Origin: an uncultured Deferribacteres bacterium
GTDB taxonomy: Bacteria; Zhuqueibacterota; Zhuqueibacteria; Zhuqueibacterales; Geothermadaptataceae
Reading direction: 5' to 3'
Length of the DNA: 64,000 bases
NCBI GenBank assembly: GCA_964014485.1
Contig: CAXHAT010000004.1
Coordinates: 1 to 64,000, forward strand
Part shown: in pieces, positions 46,104-56,171 of the stretch
Position numbering within the stretch: the first letter of the stretch is position 1
How the letters are laid out: every line of letters begins with the position of its first letter
Translations under genes and position numbers: made by a program
The notes under the pieces: model-generated
The model's database searches: none
The model's input: the letters and a program-made list of their open reading frames with translations, nothing else
Told to the model about the DNA's origin: nothing

Positions 46104-47047
46104 TAGCGCCCGGAGGTTCTTTTGAGATATTTCAGATAGTCAGAATCGGTTTTCAGAATTACGGTGCTGTTTTGCTTCATGGTTTCGCGGTAGGATTCAA
46201 GCGTACGCAGAAAGGCGTAGAATTCCGGGTCGCGTCCGAAAGCTTCGGCGTAAATTTTCGTCGCTTCAGCGTCCGCCTTACCTTGAATTTCTTGCGCCTG
46301 ACGATAGGCCTCCGACTCGATGCGCTGCAATTCTTTCTGGCGGTCGCCGTCAATTTTTGCGCGTTCCCCCTGTCCTTCCGAGCGAAATTTTTCGGCAATC
46401 CGCGTGCGTTCGGAAATCATCCGCTCATACACTTTTTGCTGCACGTCTTTGATGTAATTAATGTGCTTGATGCGCACGTCGAGCAGCTCGATGCCGTATT
46501 GCGGCACGACTAGCTGCGCTCGCGTCAAGATTTGCTTGGTGATCAAGGTGCGACCTTGCTCAATAGGCACTGCGTTCGTGATTTCGACCAATTCATCCGA
46601 ATCTTCGCCGATAGCCATCATGGGGCGATTGGAGTTCCTGACCGCTTCGATCAGCTTGTTTTGCGTAATAATATCGCGCGTGACGCCGTTGATGATATCG
46701 TCCAAACGGTTTTGCGCCGCTATCTCATTGTTAACGGATTGGTAGAATTTGAGCGGGTCGGAAATGCGCCAACGGCCAAATGTGTTGACCCAAAGATAAC
46801 GCTTGTCTTCCGTCGAAATCTGGTTAGCGTCGCCGTCCCATTCCATCACCCGCTTTTCGAAGCGAACGACGTTCTGCACAAAAGGCAGCTTCATGTGCAG
46901 GCCGGCGTCGGTCACCGGTTCGCCGACGGGCTGGCCAAATTGTAAAACAATGGCCTGCTCCGTCTCATCGACGGTATAGAATACGCCGCTGAGCACAACC
47001 AACACGATCAGAACGACGAGTCCGATTAGAATTTGCGGTAATTTCAT
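46103..47047 (-). CDS. hflC: FtsH modulator HflC
   Basis: SPFH domain, VYERMISER..A..FRSEG and DPEFYAFLRTLESY. Confidence 0.95.
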   Translation of the reverse strand: MKLPQILIGLVVLIVLVVLSGVFYTVDETEQAIVLQFGQPVGEPVTDAGLHMKLPFVQNVVRFEKRVMEWDGDANQISTEDKRYLWVNTFGRWRISDPLKFYQSVNNEIAAQNRLDDIINGVTRDIITQNKLIEAVRNSNRPMMAIGEDSDELVEITNAVPIEQGRTLITKQILTRAQLVVPQYGIELLDVRIKHINYIKDVQQKVYERMISERTRIAEKFRSEGQGERAKIDGDRQKELQRIESEAYRQAQEIQGKADAEATKIYAEAFGRDPEFYAFLRTLESYRETMKQNSTVILKTDSDYLKYLKRTSGR

Positions 47048-48036
47048 TGTCCGCCTCCTTTCTTCTGATTTTGCAGTTGCAGCAGCGGAACAAGGCCGTC
47101 CTGCCCTTCATCCACAATAAAAACCTGATCAAGCTGTGGCATGATTTCCATCATCATTTCAAGATAAAGTCGGCGCCGCGTAACGTCTTTCGCTTTCACA
47201 TATTCATTGTAAACCGACATGAACTTTTCCGCCTCGCCCTCAGCGCGGTTTGTGCGATTGATTGCGTAACCTTCGGCTTGACGGATCGTTTGTTCCGCGC
47301 GCCCTTGCGCTTGCGGAATAACTTTGTTGTACTCTTCCAGCGCCTGATTGATAATGCGCTCTTTTTCCTGTTTGGCTTCGTTCACAGCATTAAACGCCGG
47401 TTGAACCGGTTTCGGCGGATTGACGTCCTGCAAGTTGACTGTGACGATGTCTATGCCGGTTTCATACTCGTCCAACGTGTTCTGAATCATGTCGCTGACG
47501 TTTTGCGAGATTTCCTGACGCGAAGCGATGATGACTTCGTCTACGCTGTGGTCGCCGACGACTTCGCGCATCGCCGCCTCGGTGACGTCGCGCAGCGTTT
47601 CGCGGACATTGCGGACGTTAAATAAAAACTGCACCGGATCCTTGACGCGATATTGCACGATCCAGTCGACAATGGCGACGTTGAGATCACCGGTCAACAT
47701 CAGCGATTCGGTGGAATAGTCGCCCCGATTGAAAGTCGTGCGAACGCCTGGCAGTGCGGTGCGAAAGCCGAATTCGTCTTTCAGCACGCGCTGCACTTTC
47801 ACTTTCCTTACCGTCTCAACGCCAAAGGGAATTTTGAAATGCAAACCGGGGCCGTTGGTGGAAACGTACTTGCCAAATCTTTGCACAACGCCGACTTCAT
47901 CTGCGTCGACGCTATAAAACGACGTGTACGCCAGCCAACTTCCGACAAAAAACAGCAGAATAAAGAAAACCACGTTTTTGTTAATCTCGGGAATTTCTAT
48001 ATCCTGGCGGCCAAATTGTCCAGGTCTTTGCGCCAT
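47044..48036 (-). CDS. hflK: FtsH modulator HflK
   Basis: GVVQRFGK, MLTGDLN, LQDVNPP..V..AFN and VTRRRLYLE. Confidence 0.95.
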   Translation of the reverse strand: MAQRPGQFGRQDIEIPEINKNVVFFILLFFVGSWLAYTSFYSVDADEVGVVQRFGKYVSTNGPGLHFKIPFGVETVRKVKVQRVLKDEFGFRTALPGVRTTFNRGDYSTESLMLTGDLNVAIVDWIVQYRVKDPVQFLFNVRNVRETLRDVTEAAMREVVGDHSVDEVIIASRQEISQNVSDMIQNTLDEYETGIDIVTVNLQDVNPPKPVQPAFNAVNEAKQEKERIINQALEEYNKVIPQAQGRAEQTIRQAEGYAINRTNRAEGEAEKFMSVYNEYVKAKDVTRRRLYLEMMMEIMPQLDQVFIVDEGQDGLVPLLQLQNQKKGGGQ

Positions 48037-48202
48037 AAATGACGACCTCCTTTAAGTTAAAAAGTATCTTAGGCTGAGAATTTTCAGTCTGGTAAAATAT
48101 TCGGCTGAACCGAGCGCATCAAGGCGAATCGCCCCAGCTTTTGAATGGGTTTCTGGAATAATGGAATTTTGGATTTTTGGCCTCAATTCTTGCACATTGC
48201 GT

Positions 48203-48976
48203 CTAATGAATTCGTTCTAAAAATTTTTCGACGGCCGCCAACATCTCGTTCGGCGCATCATGATGCACCCAATGCCCGGCGTTGGGAATTGTCAGAATCT
48301 CGGCTTGCGGAAAATGGTGTTTAATATCCGGAATGTCTTCGTCAAGGACATAATTTGAACGTTCTCCGCGAATAAAAAGCGTTGGCCCGTCATAAACGTC
48401 TGCCGGGCCCAAGCTTTGTTTCTGGCTTTCTCTCAGAAATTGCAGAAGCACATCCAAATTGATTCGCCATTGCAATCCGCTAGACGTGGATTGTAGATTT
48501 GTGAGTACAAATTGCCGCACGGCAGGATCGGCGATTGAACGCGCCAGCAATCGATCAACTTCTTGCTTCGATGAAAAATCTCGCAAATTGATCTCAGCCA
48601 TTGCATTCAAAACAAAAAGCACGCTTGAGCGATGGGGTTTTGGGAAAATATCCACAACGACCAAGCCGTCAACATATTCCGGGCTATGTAGGGCCAACTC
48701 AATTGCAACAGCGCCGCCCATTGAATGCCCAAGAATAACGGATGGCTTGAGATGAAGTTTGTTTTGCAATTCAATGACGTCGCTTGCCATATCAAAAACG
48801 TGGTGTTCTTTTGAGTGCGGCGACCGTCCGTGGTTTCTCAAATCGGGCGCAATCACGCGCCGTTTTTGAGATAGCGACGATGAAATTGTATGCCAATTTC
48901 TGCCTGATCCCAAGAGCCCATGCAAAATCAGCAGCCCGCGATTTCCTTTTCCATAGTCTTTAAAAAACAATTCCAT
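48203..48976 (-). CDS. Alpha/beta hydrolase (YbfF-like esterase)
   Basis: LHGLLGS..NW, DLRNHGRS, GHSMGG and GHWVH. Confidence 0.9.
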   Translation of the reverse strand: MELFFKDYGKGNRGLLILHGLLGSGRNWHTISSSLSQKRRVIAPDLRNHGRSPHSKEHHVFDMASDVIELQNKLHLKPSVILGHSMGGAVAIELALHSPEYVDGLVVVDIFPKPHRSSVLFVLNAMAEINLRDFSSKQEVDRLLARSIADPAVRQFVLTNLQSTSSGLQWRINLDVLLQFLRESQKQSLGPADVYDGPTLFIRGERSNYVLDEDIPDIKHHFPQAEILTIPNAGHWVHHDAPNEMLAAVEKFLERIH

Positions 48977-49060
48977 ATTCTGAGTATAATCCTTTCCACT
49001 CACTTCGCGTGGGAAGCGTATAAATTCAGTTCGGAAGCTTCTGAGCAACTCTTCCGGAGT

Positions 49061-49180
49061 GCAACTGTCCAAAAACACAAAAATCGTAAAGCGAGACATG
49101 AAATGTGTAAGGGTTCAAGATTTTGAACCCTTACGTGCGGAATACCCGTCGCTTGGAAACCATGTTTAGGGACAGTCGTC
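49061..49180. mobile_element. ~120-bp MITE family B (diverged copy)
   Basis: ACTGTCCAAAAACA..GTAAGGGTTCAAGATTTTGAACCCTTAC..TGTTTAGGGACAGTC. Confidence 0.75.
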
Positions 49181-49402
49181 CTTCGGTAGCGTCGTTTTCC
49201 AGAACAAGTGCTGAAGCGGCTATTGGGCACATTTTTTCGCACAAGCCCAACGCTTCGCAGCCATTCCAAACTGATCGTTTGCTCTAAAAAATTCGCGGCG
49301 AATATACGCATAGCAGGACAAATTTCATTGGACTTTTTGTAATTATTGCCGTTTCTTCGGGCACAGGAATTTTCACTGCAATCTTACCGGGAGCTTTTGC
49401 AG

Positions 49403-52400
49403 ATGACAAACCCGCCTCAGCCGGCGCGCAAGCTTTCCAGAAGTCAAAACTCGAAATCTGAAAGCGTTCCTTCCGAAGCGCTGGAACCGGGAATCCAAAA
49501 ATTGTTTAGAGTCAGTCTCTCTCCTCTAACATTCGGGTTGAGCGCCCTGTTCGCCGCTCTTGCCGTTGGCGACGCTTTTCTGGCGCCAGAAAGCGCTAAT
49601 TTGGAGCTGTCTCTCTCAGCATTGGGGTTGAGCCTGTTCTTCTTGCTTGCACGATTTTTCCTGGGGCGCAAAGTCATCCCGGATCAATACGCAAACCTTG
49701 CAGGCGCAGCAATCGCGGTTGCGGCGCTGGGTTATTGCTTTGAGCGAATATTCCTGCTCAATCTGCCGTTCGATTCTTCCGCGTTGATCATCTTTATGTT
49801 AACCGTCGGCTATGTTTTCCTTTCAACGCGACTGCTTCTGGTTTTGCAAGCAACAGCTTTTGCCGGCTGGCTCCTGACAGCAATCGCCCTCGACGCATCT
49901 ACATCTGATTTATGGGTTCCGGCGTTAAAGCTGGCGTTCGCTTCGGTTATCTCAATGCTCATTCATGTCGTCCATTTACGATCCGCGAGACGCACGGAAA
50001 AATATCGGACGTTAAGCAAAAAAAGAAAAATCGAACTCGAAAGCGCACGCACTACTCTTGAAAAAACTTTAGAAACCACAGAAGCGCTTAAGAAAGAATC
50101 CCAAAACGCTATTCGGGAAATGCGCCAGGTTCAGGAACGCTTTAAGCGTTTGACAGAGGCGACTTTCGAGGGGATCGTTATCCATGAACAAGGGAGAATC
50201 ATCGACGTCAACTCAGCCGTTGTGGAGATGACTGATTATGATCCGGCAGAACTGCTAAAAAGCAACCTTCTCTCTCTGATTGAAGCGGATGCAAGAGGCC
50301 TTTTTCAAGAAAATTTGCGGCGGGAGAACGGCGCGCTGTTTGAATCCGTCATTCTGCGCAAAGACGGCGAAACGGTTCCGGTTGAAATCTGCAGCAGACC
50401 GTTGCCGTATATGGGAAGAACTATTCAGGTCGCGGCGATACGAGACCTCAGGCAGCGGATGAACGCTGAAAAGGCGCTGCGCCTGAGCGAAGCCAAAAAT
50501 CGCGCGTTGTTAGACGCCATCCCGGATTTGATGTTCCGCATTGACGCCGGCGGCGTGATTCTCGATTATAATCCCGGCAAACACGGCTTAATTTTGAAGG
50601 ATTTGCCGTCTCTAATCAATCGCAATGTTTACGAAATTTTTCCGAAAGACCTGGCTCGGCAAATACTCAGCAAAATCCGCCGGACGCTACGACGAAACAA
50701 GATGCAAGGATTGGAGTTTCGGCATAGCACACACGGAGAAATTCGTGAGTATGAGGGGCGTTTCTTTGTCAGCGGGGAAAATGAAACGCTGGTCATCGTT
50801 CGAGACGTGACTGACTCGAAGAGTTCGACCAAAAGAGCTTTGGAAAATGAGCATTTGTATCGGCAAATGTTTGAAGAAAATCTTGCCGTGAAACTACTCA
50901 TCGATCCGGAATCGGGAGAGATAGTTGAAGCGAATTCCGCCGCCTGCCGGTTCTATGGCTACTCGCTTGAAGCGTTGAAGTCGAAGAAAATCATGGAAAT
51001 CAACACCCTGCCTTCGCGAAAAGTGAAAGAAGAAATTCATCGCGCCATGGCCGGCGAAAGTAATTTTTTCACCTTCAATCACAAATTGGCAAACGGGGAA
51101 AATAGAAATGTTGAAGTCTTTGCCGGCCCGATCAACGTTGACGGCAGGAAGCTTATTTATTCAATCGTTCACGATGTAACGGATCGGCACAACGCCGAGA
51201 AGAAGCTGCGCGAAAGTGAAGAACGATACCGCCGGTTTTTTGAAGAAGATTTAACCGGTGATTTTATTTCCACGCCCGAAGGTAAATTGTTAGATTGCAA
51301 CCCGGCGTTCCTAAAAATTTTCGGGTTCTCCACTCGCGAAGAAGCGATGGCATGCGACTTATCGGCATTGTACCCGGATGCTTCCGTCCGCAAGTCACTC
51401 ATCAATGAAATTTTAGAAAAAAGAAATCTTGAAGGAAAAGAAGTCGAGTTTGTCAGCCCTGCTGGCCGCCCTATCCATGTCATCGAAAACGTCAGCGGCG
51501 TTTTTGACAGCGACGATAAACTCGTGGAATTACGCGGCTACATTTTTGACGTCACTGAACGAAAAACTTTGGAAGCGCAGCTTTTGCATTCGCGTAAAAT
51601 GGAAGCCGTCGGTCGTTTGGCGGGCGGGGTTGCGCATGATTTTAACAATTTGCTGACCGCTATTACCGGATACAGTCAATTGATGTTAGACAATTTGGCG
51701 AACCCGGAAGCTTTGCGTAACGAAATCGATGAAATCAAAAAAGCTTGCGATTTAGGCTCTTCTTTGACGACGCAGCTACTCACCTTTAGCCGTAGACAAA
51801 TCATCCAACCGGAGACATTAGATTTAAACGCGGTTGTCGCGGACATGGAAAAACTGCTCAAACGTCTTGTCGGTGAAACCATACGCCTTACCGTCAAGAA
51901 GCATGACCGGCCATGCAAATTGAAAGCGGATTTGAATCAGATAAAACAAGTTATCATGAATCTGGCGCTGAATTCCCTCGACGCTACCCCAGACGGCGGC
52001 GAGTTAAACGTAGAAACTTTTGTACGAAAATTAGACGGCGCAGAAAAGATAGCCGGGGAATTCGTTGAAAAAGGCGCCTACGTTGTGCTCCAGGTTATTG
52101 ACACAGGCCAAGGGATGGATACAAATGTCAAATCCCATATTTTTGAGCCATTCTTTACCACAAAGGACAAGGGAACGGGTCTGGGATTATCGACGGTTTA
52201 CGGCATCGTCAAGCAGAACAATGGTTTTATCGAAGTCAAAAGCGCGCCAAAGGCGGGCACACAAATCACCATTTTTTTCCCGGAGGCGCGGTCTCCTCAA
52301 AAGGCGGCGATTTCTTCCGAAGCTAATTCAGTTCCGCTTGTTCCGGGCTGCGGCACGATCTTGCTGGTTGAAGATGAAGATGCGGTCCGACAAGTGACCA

Positions 52401-52735
52401 GGCTGATTCTTTCGAGAAACGGCTATAGCGTTATTTCCGCCAGCAACGGCGCTCATGCGCTCGAAAAAAGCCGTCGACACAGCGGAAAAATCGACTTAAT
52501 GGTGAGCGACATGGTGATGCCCGGAATGAACGGTCGTGAGCTGGCTGAAAGAATGAAAGCCGTGCGGCCGGAGCTGAAAATCATGTTTATGTCGGGCTAT
52601 GTAGCGGATGAATTATTGCAGTCAGAAAGCGGCGTGCGGGAATATTCCTTCTTGCAAAAACCCTTTTCTCCAGAAACTCTCCTTTCAAAAATTCAACAAA
52701 CAATGCAAACTGACAGTGTGAAACTTCCGGCTTAA
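49403..52735 (+). CDS. Membrane-bound hybrid sensor histidine kinase with four PAS domains and a receiver
   Basis: TM region, PAS repeats, AHDFNN H-box, EPFFTTK..GTGLGL, LLVEDE..SDMVMPG..KPF. Confidence 0.95.
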   Translation: MTNPPQPARKLSRSQNSKSESVPSEALEPGIQKLFRVSLSPLTFGLSALFAALAVGDAFLAPESANLELSLSALGLSLFFLLARFFLGRKVIPDQYANLAGAAIAVAALGYCFERIFLLNLPFDSSALIIFMLTVGYVFLSTRLLLVLQATAFAGWLLTAIALDASTSDLWVPALKLAFASVISMLIHVVHLRSARRTEKYRTLSKKRKIELESARTTLEKTLETTEALKKESQNAIREMRQVQERFKRLTEATFEGIVIHEQGRIIDVNSAVVEMTDYDPAELLKSNLLSLIEADARGLFQENLRRENGALFESVILRKDGETVPVEICSRPLPYMGRTIQVAAIRDLRQRMNAEKALRLSEAKNRALLDAIPDLMFRIDAGGVILDYNPGKHGLILKDLPSLINRNVYEIFPKDLARQILSKIRRTLRRNKMQGLEFRHSTHGEIREYEGRFFVSGENETLVIVRDVTDSKSSTKRALENEHLYRQMFEENLAVKLLIDPESGEIVEANSAACRFYGYSLEALKSKKIMEINTLPSRKVKEEIHRAMAGESNFFTFNHKLANGENRNVEVFAGPINVDGRKLIYSIVHDVTDRHNAEKKLRESEERYRRFFEEDLTGDFISTPEGKLLDCNPAFLKIFGFSTREEAMACDLSALYPDASVRKSLINEILEKRNLEGKEVEFVSPAGRPIHVIENVSGVFDSDDKLVELRGYIFDVTERKTLEAQLLHSRKMEAVGRLAGGVAHDFNNLLTAITGYSQLMLDNLANPEALRNEIDEIKKACDLGSSLTTQLLTFSRRQIIQPETLDLNAVVADMEKLLKRLVGETIRLTVKKHDRPCKLKADLNQIKQVIMNLALNSLDATPDGGELNVETFVRKLDGAEKIAGEFVEKGAYVVLQVIDTGQGMDTNVKSHIFEPFFTTKDKGTGLGLSTVYGIVKQNNGFIEVKSAPKAGTQITIFFPEARSPQKAAISSEANSVPLVPGCGTILLVEDEDAVRQVTRLILSRNGYSVISASNGAHALEKSRRHSGKIDLMVSDMVMPGMNGRELAERMKAVRPELKIMFMSGYVADELLQSESGVREYSFLQKPFSPETLLSKIQQTMQTDSVKLPA

Positions 52736-52742
52736 ATTCAGA

Positions 52743-53531
52743 ATGCAGACGCAGCAAGACCTGATTGGACTCATCCCCGCCGCCGGTTTGGCGCAGCGCC
52801 TTCAATCTTTAAATCTCAATTGCAGCAAAGAAATCACGCCGATTGGTTCGATAAGCTCGAAATCCGGTTTAGAGCGGCCCAAACCAGTGTGCGCCTATCT
52901 TTTAGAGAGCATGGTCCGCGCTGGAGCACAAACTATTCACATTGTTTTGCGCAAAGGAAAATGGGATATTCCCACGCTGCTCGGCGACGGTTCGGATTAC
53001 GACGTCTCGCTTTCGTACTTAATTATGAACCAACCGTTTGGCGTGCCTTATACGATTAACCAGGCGCGAGATTTTGCCCGCGGAAAAACGGTTCTATTCG
53101 GCTTTCCTGACATTATTTGCGATCCTCAGACCGTTTATAAAAAACTACTCGCCAAGCTTCATAAAACAAAAGCTGATGTTGTACTTGGCCTTTTCCCAGT
53201 TTCAAATTCGAGGCAATGGGACAGCGTTAAAACGGACGCCGATGGAAATGTACTGGCAGTCTCACCAAAATCTTCTTCGCAAATTTTTGAATACGCTTGG
53301 GCGAATGCCGTTTGGGCTGATCGCTTTACTTCTTCTATCGAAGCAATCACAGGAAGGACAGACTCAAGTTTGGCGGGAAGCGGAGAGTTGAGCGTAGGCC
53401 ATGTCTTGCAAAAAGGCATTGAAGGCGGGCTCAAAATCAGCAGTTGCTTTTTTAAGGAAGGTTGGTGTATAGATATTGGAACGCCGGAAGGCTTGCGCGC
53501 CGCACGGAAAAAGCTAACTGCCGACTTTTAG
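52743..53531 (+). CDS. Sugar-phosphate nucleotidyltransferase family protein
   Basis: IPAAGLAQRL..SKE, FGFPD and DIGTPE. Confidence 0.85.
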   Translation: MQTQQDLIGLIPAAGLAQRLQSLNLNCSKEITPIGSISSKSGLERPKPVCAYLLESMVRAGAQTIHIVLRKGKWDIPTLLGDGSDYDVSLSYLIMNQPFGVPYTINQARDFARGKTVLFGFPDIICDPQTVYKKLLAKLHKTKADVVLGLFPVSNSRQWDSVKTDADGNVLAVSPKSSSQIFEYAWANAVWADRFTSSIEAITGRTDSSLAGSGELSVGHVLQKGIEGGLKISSCFFKEGWCIDIGTPEGLRAARKKLTADF

Positions 53532-53539
53532 CGACGCAT

Positions 53540-53575
53540 AAAAAACAAAGGCTGTCACTTGCAAGCAACAGCCTC
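53540..53575 (-). terminator. Intrinsic terminator after rplS
   Basis: AGGCTGT..ACAGCCT stem followed on the minus strand by TTGTTTTTT. Confidence 0.6.
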
Positions 53576-53648
53576 AAAATTTTCACGATATTTCGGTGAG
53601 GACGATTATAACGCTAGGGGGACATTTTCCCGAAACGTCCTATGAGAA

Positions 53649-53996
53649 TCAGACCACTCTCTTCTCAGGAACCCGTGCGGCTTTACCCTTTCTATCTCGC
53701 AGGTAAAAAAGTTTGGCGCGTCGCACGCGTCCAAAGCGCACAACATCAATTTTTGCAATATTTGGCGAGTGCACAGGAAAAATTCTCTCAACGCCGACGC
53801 CATTTGAAACTTTTCTTACAGTAAAAGTTTCATGTATGCCGCCGCCGCGTCTTTGCAGCACAACGCCTTGAAAAAGCTGAACTCGTTCTTTGTCACCTTC
53901 AATAACTTTGTAATGCACAGCGACTGTATCGCCAGGGCCGAATTCTGGAAGCTCAGTTTTTAGTTGATAAGCCGTCAACGCGTCAATTTTGCTCAT
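53649..53996 (-). CDS. rplS: 50S ribosomal protein L19
   Basis: [19 protein letters not shown] and [10 protein letters not shown]. Confidence 0.98.
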   Translation of the reverse strand: MSKIDALTAYQLKTELPEFGPGDTVAVHYKVIEGDKERVQLFQGVVLQRRGGGIHETFTVRKVSNGVGVERIFPVHSPNIAKIDVVRFGRVRRAKLFYLRDRKGKAARVPEKRVV

Positions 53997-54012
53997 GATC
54001 AAGTCCTTTTCT

Positions 54013-54717
54013 TTATTGTTTATGTTCTTTTGTTTTCAATAAATCCGGCCTTTTTTCCCGGGTCAGCTTTAGAGCTGCTTCGTGCCGCCATTCGGCAATT
54101 TTCCCATGATGTCCAGAGAGCAACACTTCTGGAACAGCCATGCCTCGAAACTCTTGTGGTCGCGTGTAATGCGGGTGATCTAACGTGCCGGACTGAAAAG
54201 CGTCTCCTTCCGCCGACTCAAAATCGCCGATCACTCCTGGTATAAGCCGGACAACGGCGTCGATAATCGCCATAGTCACGATTTCGCCGCCTGTCAAAAT
54301 GAAATCTCCAAGGCTGATTTCTTCCGTAGCGAGAGCCGTTCGAATTCTTTCGTCTACGCCTTTATAGTGACCGCAAATGAAAATCGAAGCTCTTTCAGGG
54401 CGCTCAATAAATTCATTCGCATACGCCTGATCAAATTGTCGCCCGGCTGCGCTCGTCAAGATAATTCGCGGGTTATCAAGCTGATGTTTCTGAATGATGT
54501 GTTCGACGCATTTAAATATTGGCTCCGGTTTCAGTATCATACCCGGGCCGCCGCCAAACGCATAGTCATCTATCGTTTTATGTTTGTCCGAAGAAAAACT
54601 GCGGAGATCATAAACTTCAAATTGCGCCAGCGCTTTTTCCTGCGCGCGTTTAAGAATGCTCTCATTCCAAACAGCAGGGAACATGTCGGGGAAAGCCGTA
54701 ATAACAAAAAACTGCAT
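54013..54717 (-). CDS. trmD: tRNA (guanine37-N1)-methyltransferase
   Basis: [32 protein letters not shown] and LLSGHH. Confidence 0.98.
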   Translation of the reverse strand: MQFFVITAFPDMFPAVWNESILKRAQEKALAQFEVYDLRSFSSDKHKTIDDYAFGGGPGMILKPEPIFKCVEHIIQKHQLDNPRIILTSAAGRQFDQAYANEFIERPERASIFICGHYKGVDERIRTALATEEISLGDFILTGGEIVTMAIIDAVVRLIPGVIGDFESAEGDAFQSGTLDHPHYTRPQEFRGMAVPEVLLSGHHGKIAEWRHEAALKLTREKRPDLLKTKEHKQ

Positions 54718-54718
54718 T

Positions 54719-55240
54719 TCAGGCAGGCGCTAAACCCTCAATCATATCAATTACAACTCTCCCTGCTTGAATGTCGACTTTCTTAACAATCTGAGCAACA
54801 GCGGGGATCAAAGCTTCCTTCTTACCGTTTTTGACAAGATAAACATCTTGTGCGGGGTATTCTAAAACATCTTTTATGACGCCTACATAGTCGCCCGCCA
54901 TCGTTTCAACTTTTGAGCCGATGAGATCGAATATATAATATTCATCATTTTCAAGAGCGAGGCACTCATTCCTTGGAATCAAGATTTCGGCGTCCCGCAA
55001 CTTCTCGGCTGCATCTCTTGAGCCTGTTTCCTTAAATTTCAAAAGCAAAATCCGGTTTTGCTTTTGAAATCTTTCTAACTCGAAAAGCTCAATCCTGTTG
55101 TCATTCAAACGCAGTCTAATCGTTTTCAAGAAACGAAAACGATCCGGGCTGTCCGTCGTTGGAAACACCTTAACAAACCCAGCCAGACCGTGCGGGCGAA
55201 GAACCTTGCCAATGGTTATAAGTTCATCGGCGTTGAGCAT
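54719..55240 (-). CDS. rimM: Ribosome maturation factor RimM
   Basis: IGKV..PHGL.G and EYY..DLIG, in the conserved operon position. Confidence 0.95.
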   Translation of the reverse strand: MLNADELITIGKVLRPHGLAGFVKVFPTTDSPDRFRFLKTIRLRLNDNRIELFELERFQKQNRILLLKFKETGSRDAAEKLRDAEILIPRNECLALENDEYYIFDLIGSKVETMAGDYVGVIKDVLEYPAQDVYLVKNGKKEALIPAVAQIVKKVDIQAGRVVIDMIEGLAPA

Positions 55241-55254
55241 AATGAGACGTCAAC

Positions 55255-55485
55255 TTATTCAAGGATTTCGAGAACGGCGCGCTTCCCGGTTTTTGCGGAA
55301 GCCGCCGCAAGAAGGGTACGGATGGATTTTGCGGTTTGCCCGCGTTTACCAATCACCTTTCCCATATCGCCGTCGCCGACGCGTAGTTCATAGACGACCG
55401 TTCTTTCACCGTCGACTTCGTTTACCGTGACCGCATCAGGTTTGTCAACAAGATGCCGAACCACGAACAGTATGAATTCTTTCAT
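55255..55485 (-). CDS. khpA: KH-domain RNA-binding protein KhpA
   Basis: LVDKPD, DMGKVIGKRGQTAKSIR. Between rpsP and rimM. Confidence 0.95.
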   Translation of the reverse strand: MKEFILFVVRHLVDKPDAVTVNEVDGERTVVYELRVGDGDMGKVIGKRGQTAKSIRTLLAAASAKTGKRAVLEILE

Positions 55486-55657
55486 GATCAAACCCTCCTA
55501 ACTGGTTTAACCAGAGCGTGTGTCACCTCGCGCTCTGACAGCCTACCGGAGACGATACCTGGACGACGACGTTCAGTTTCGTTGTTCGAAATCGTTTTAA
55601 GCATCAACTCTCGGACGAATCTAGGGAAACCGAAGAACAATTCTCGAAATTGAGAGA

Positions 55658-56143
55658 CTATTCCTCGACTGCTTCAACCTTTTCCTCTCCCTGCTCTTCC
55701 TGAGAATCTTTTTGTTCTGCTTCCGCAACCACGGGCTCAGATTTCGGAGCTTCTTTCTTTTTCTCCGTCTGCGCGGATTTTTCTTTCTGGATCTTTTCGG
55801 CTTCCAAGCGCTTGAAACGCTCTTCCTGCAGCGTTTCCCACTTTTTGACTTCACTGTCTATTTCTTCAGTCGATTTGCCGTTTTTCAGCAAACTGTAGCG
55901 AAGCATAACGCCTTTTTTGCGAAACAGGCTTCTTACAGTGTCTGAAGGCTGCGCTCCATTTTGAAGCCAGTATAATGCCCGATCCACTTTGACTTCCAAT
56001 TCCGTTACCTGAGGAACCGGATTGTAATAACCCAGATTCTCCAAATATTTACCTTGGCGAGCCTCGCGCCCGTCAATTGCCACAATACGATAAAATGGCT
56101 TTTTCTTCTTGCCCATCCTTCGTAGTCTTAATCGTACTGCCAA
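55658..56143 (-). CDS. rpsP: 30S ribosomal protein S16 with charged C-terminal extension
   Basis: MAVRLRLRRMGKKKKPFYRIV and WLQNGAQPSDTV. Confidence 0.98.
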   Translation of the reverse strand: MAVRLRLRRMGKKKKPFYRIVAIDGREARQGKYLENLGYYNPVPQVTELEVKVDRALYWLQNGAQPSDTVRSLFRKKGVMLRYSLLKNGKSTEEIDSEVKKWETLQEERFKRLEAEKIQKEKSAQTEKKKEAPKSEPVVAEAEQKDSQEEQGEEKVEAVEE

Positions 56144-56171
56144 AGCTAAAACTCCTCAAATTTAAAATGAT

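Noticed and set aside
17738..49134. CRISPR repeats (28-bp palindrome, three copies)
   Set aside because: The copies are kilobases apart inside MITEs, with no spacer array or cas genes.
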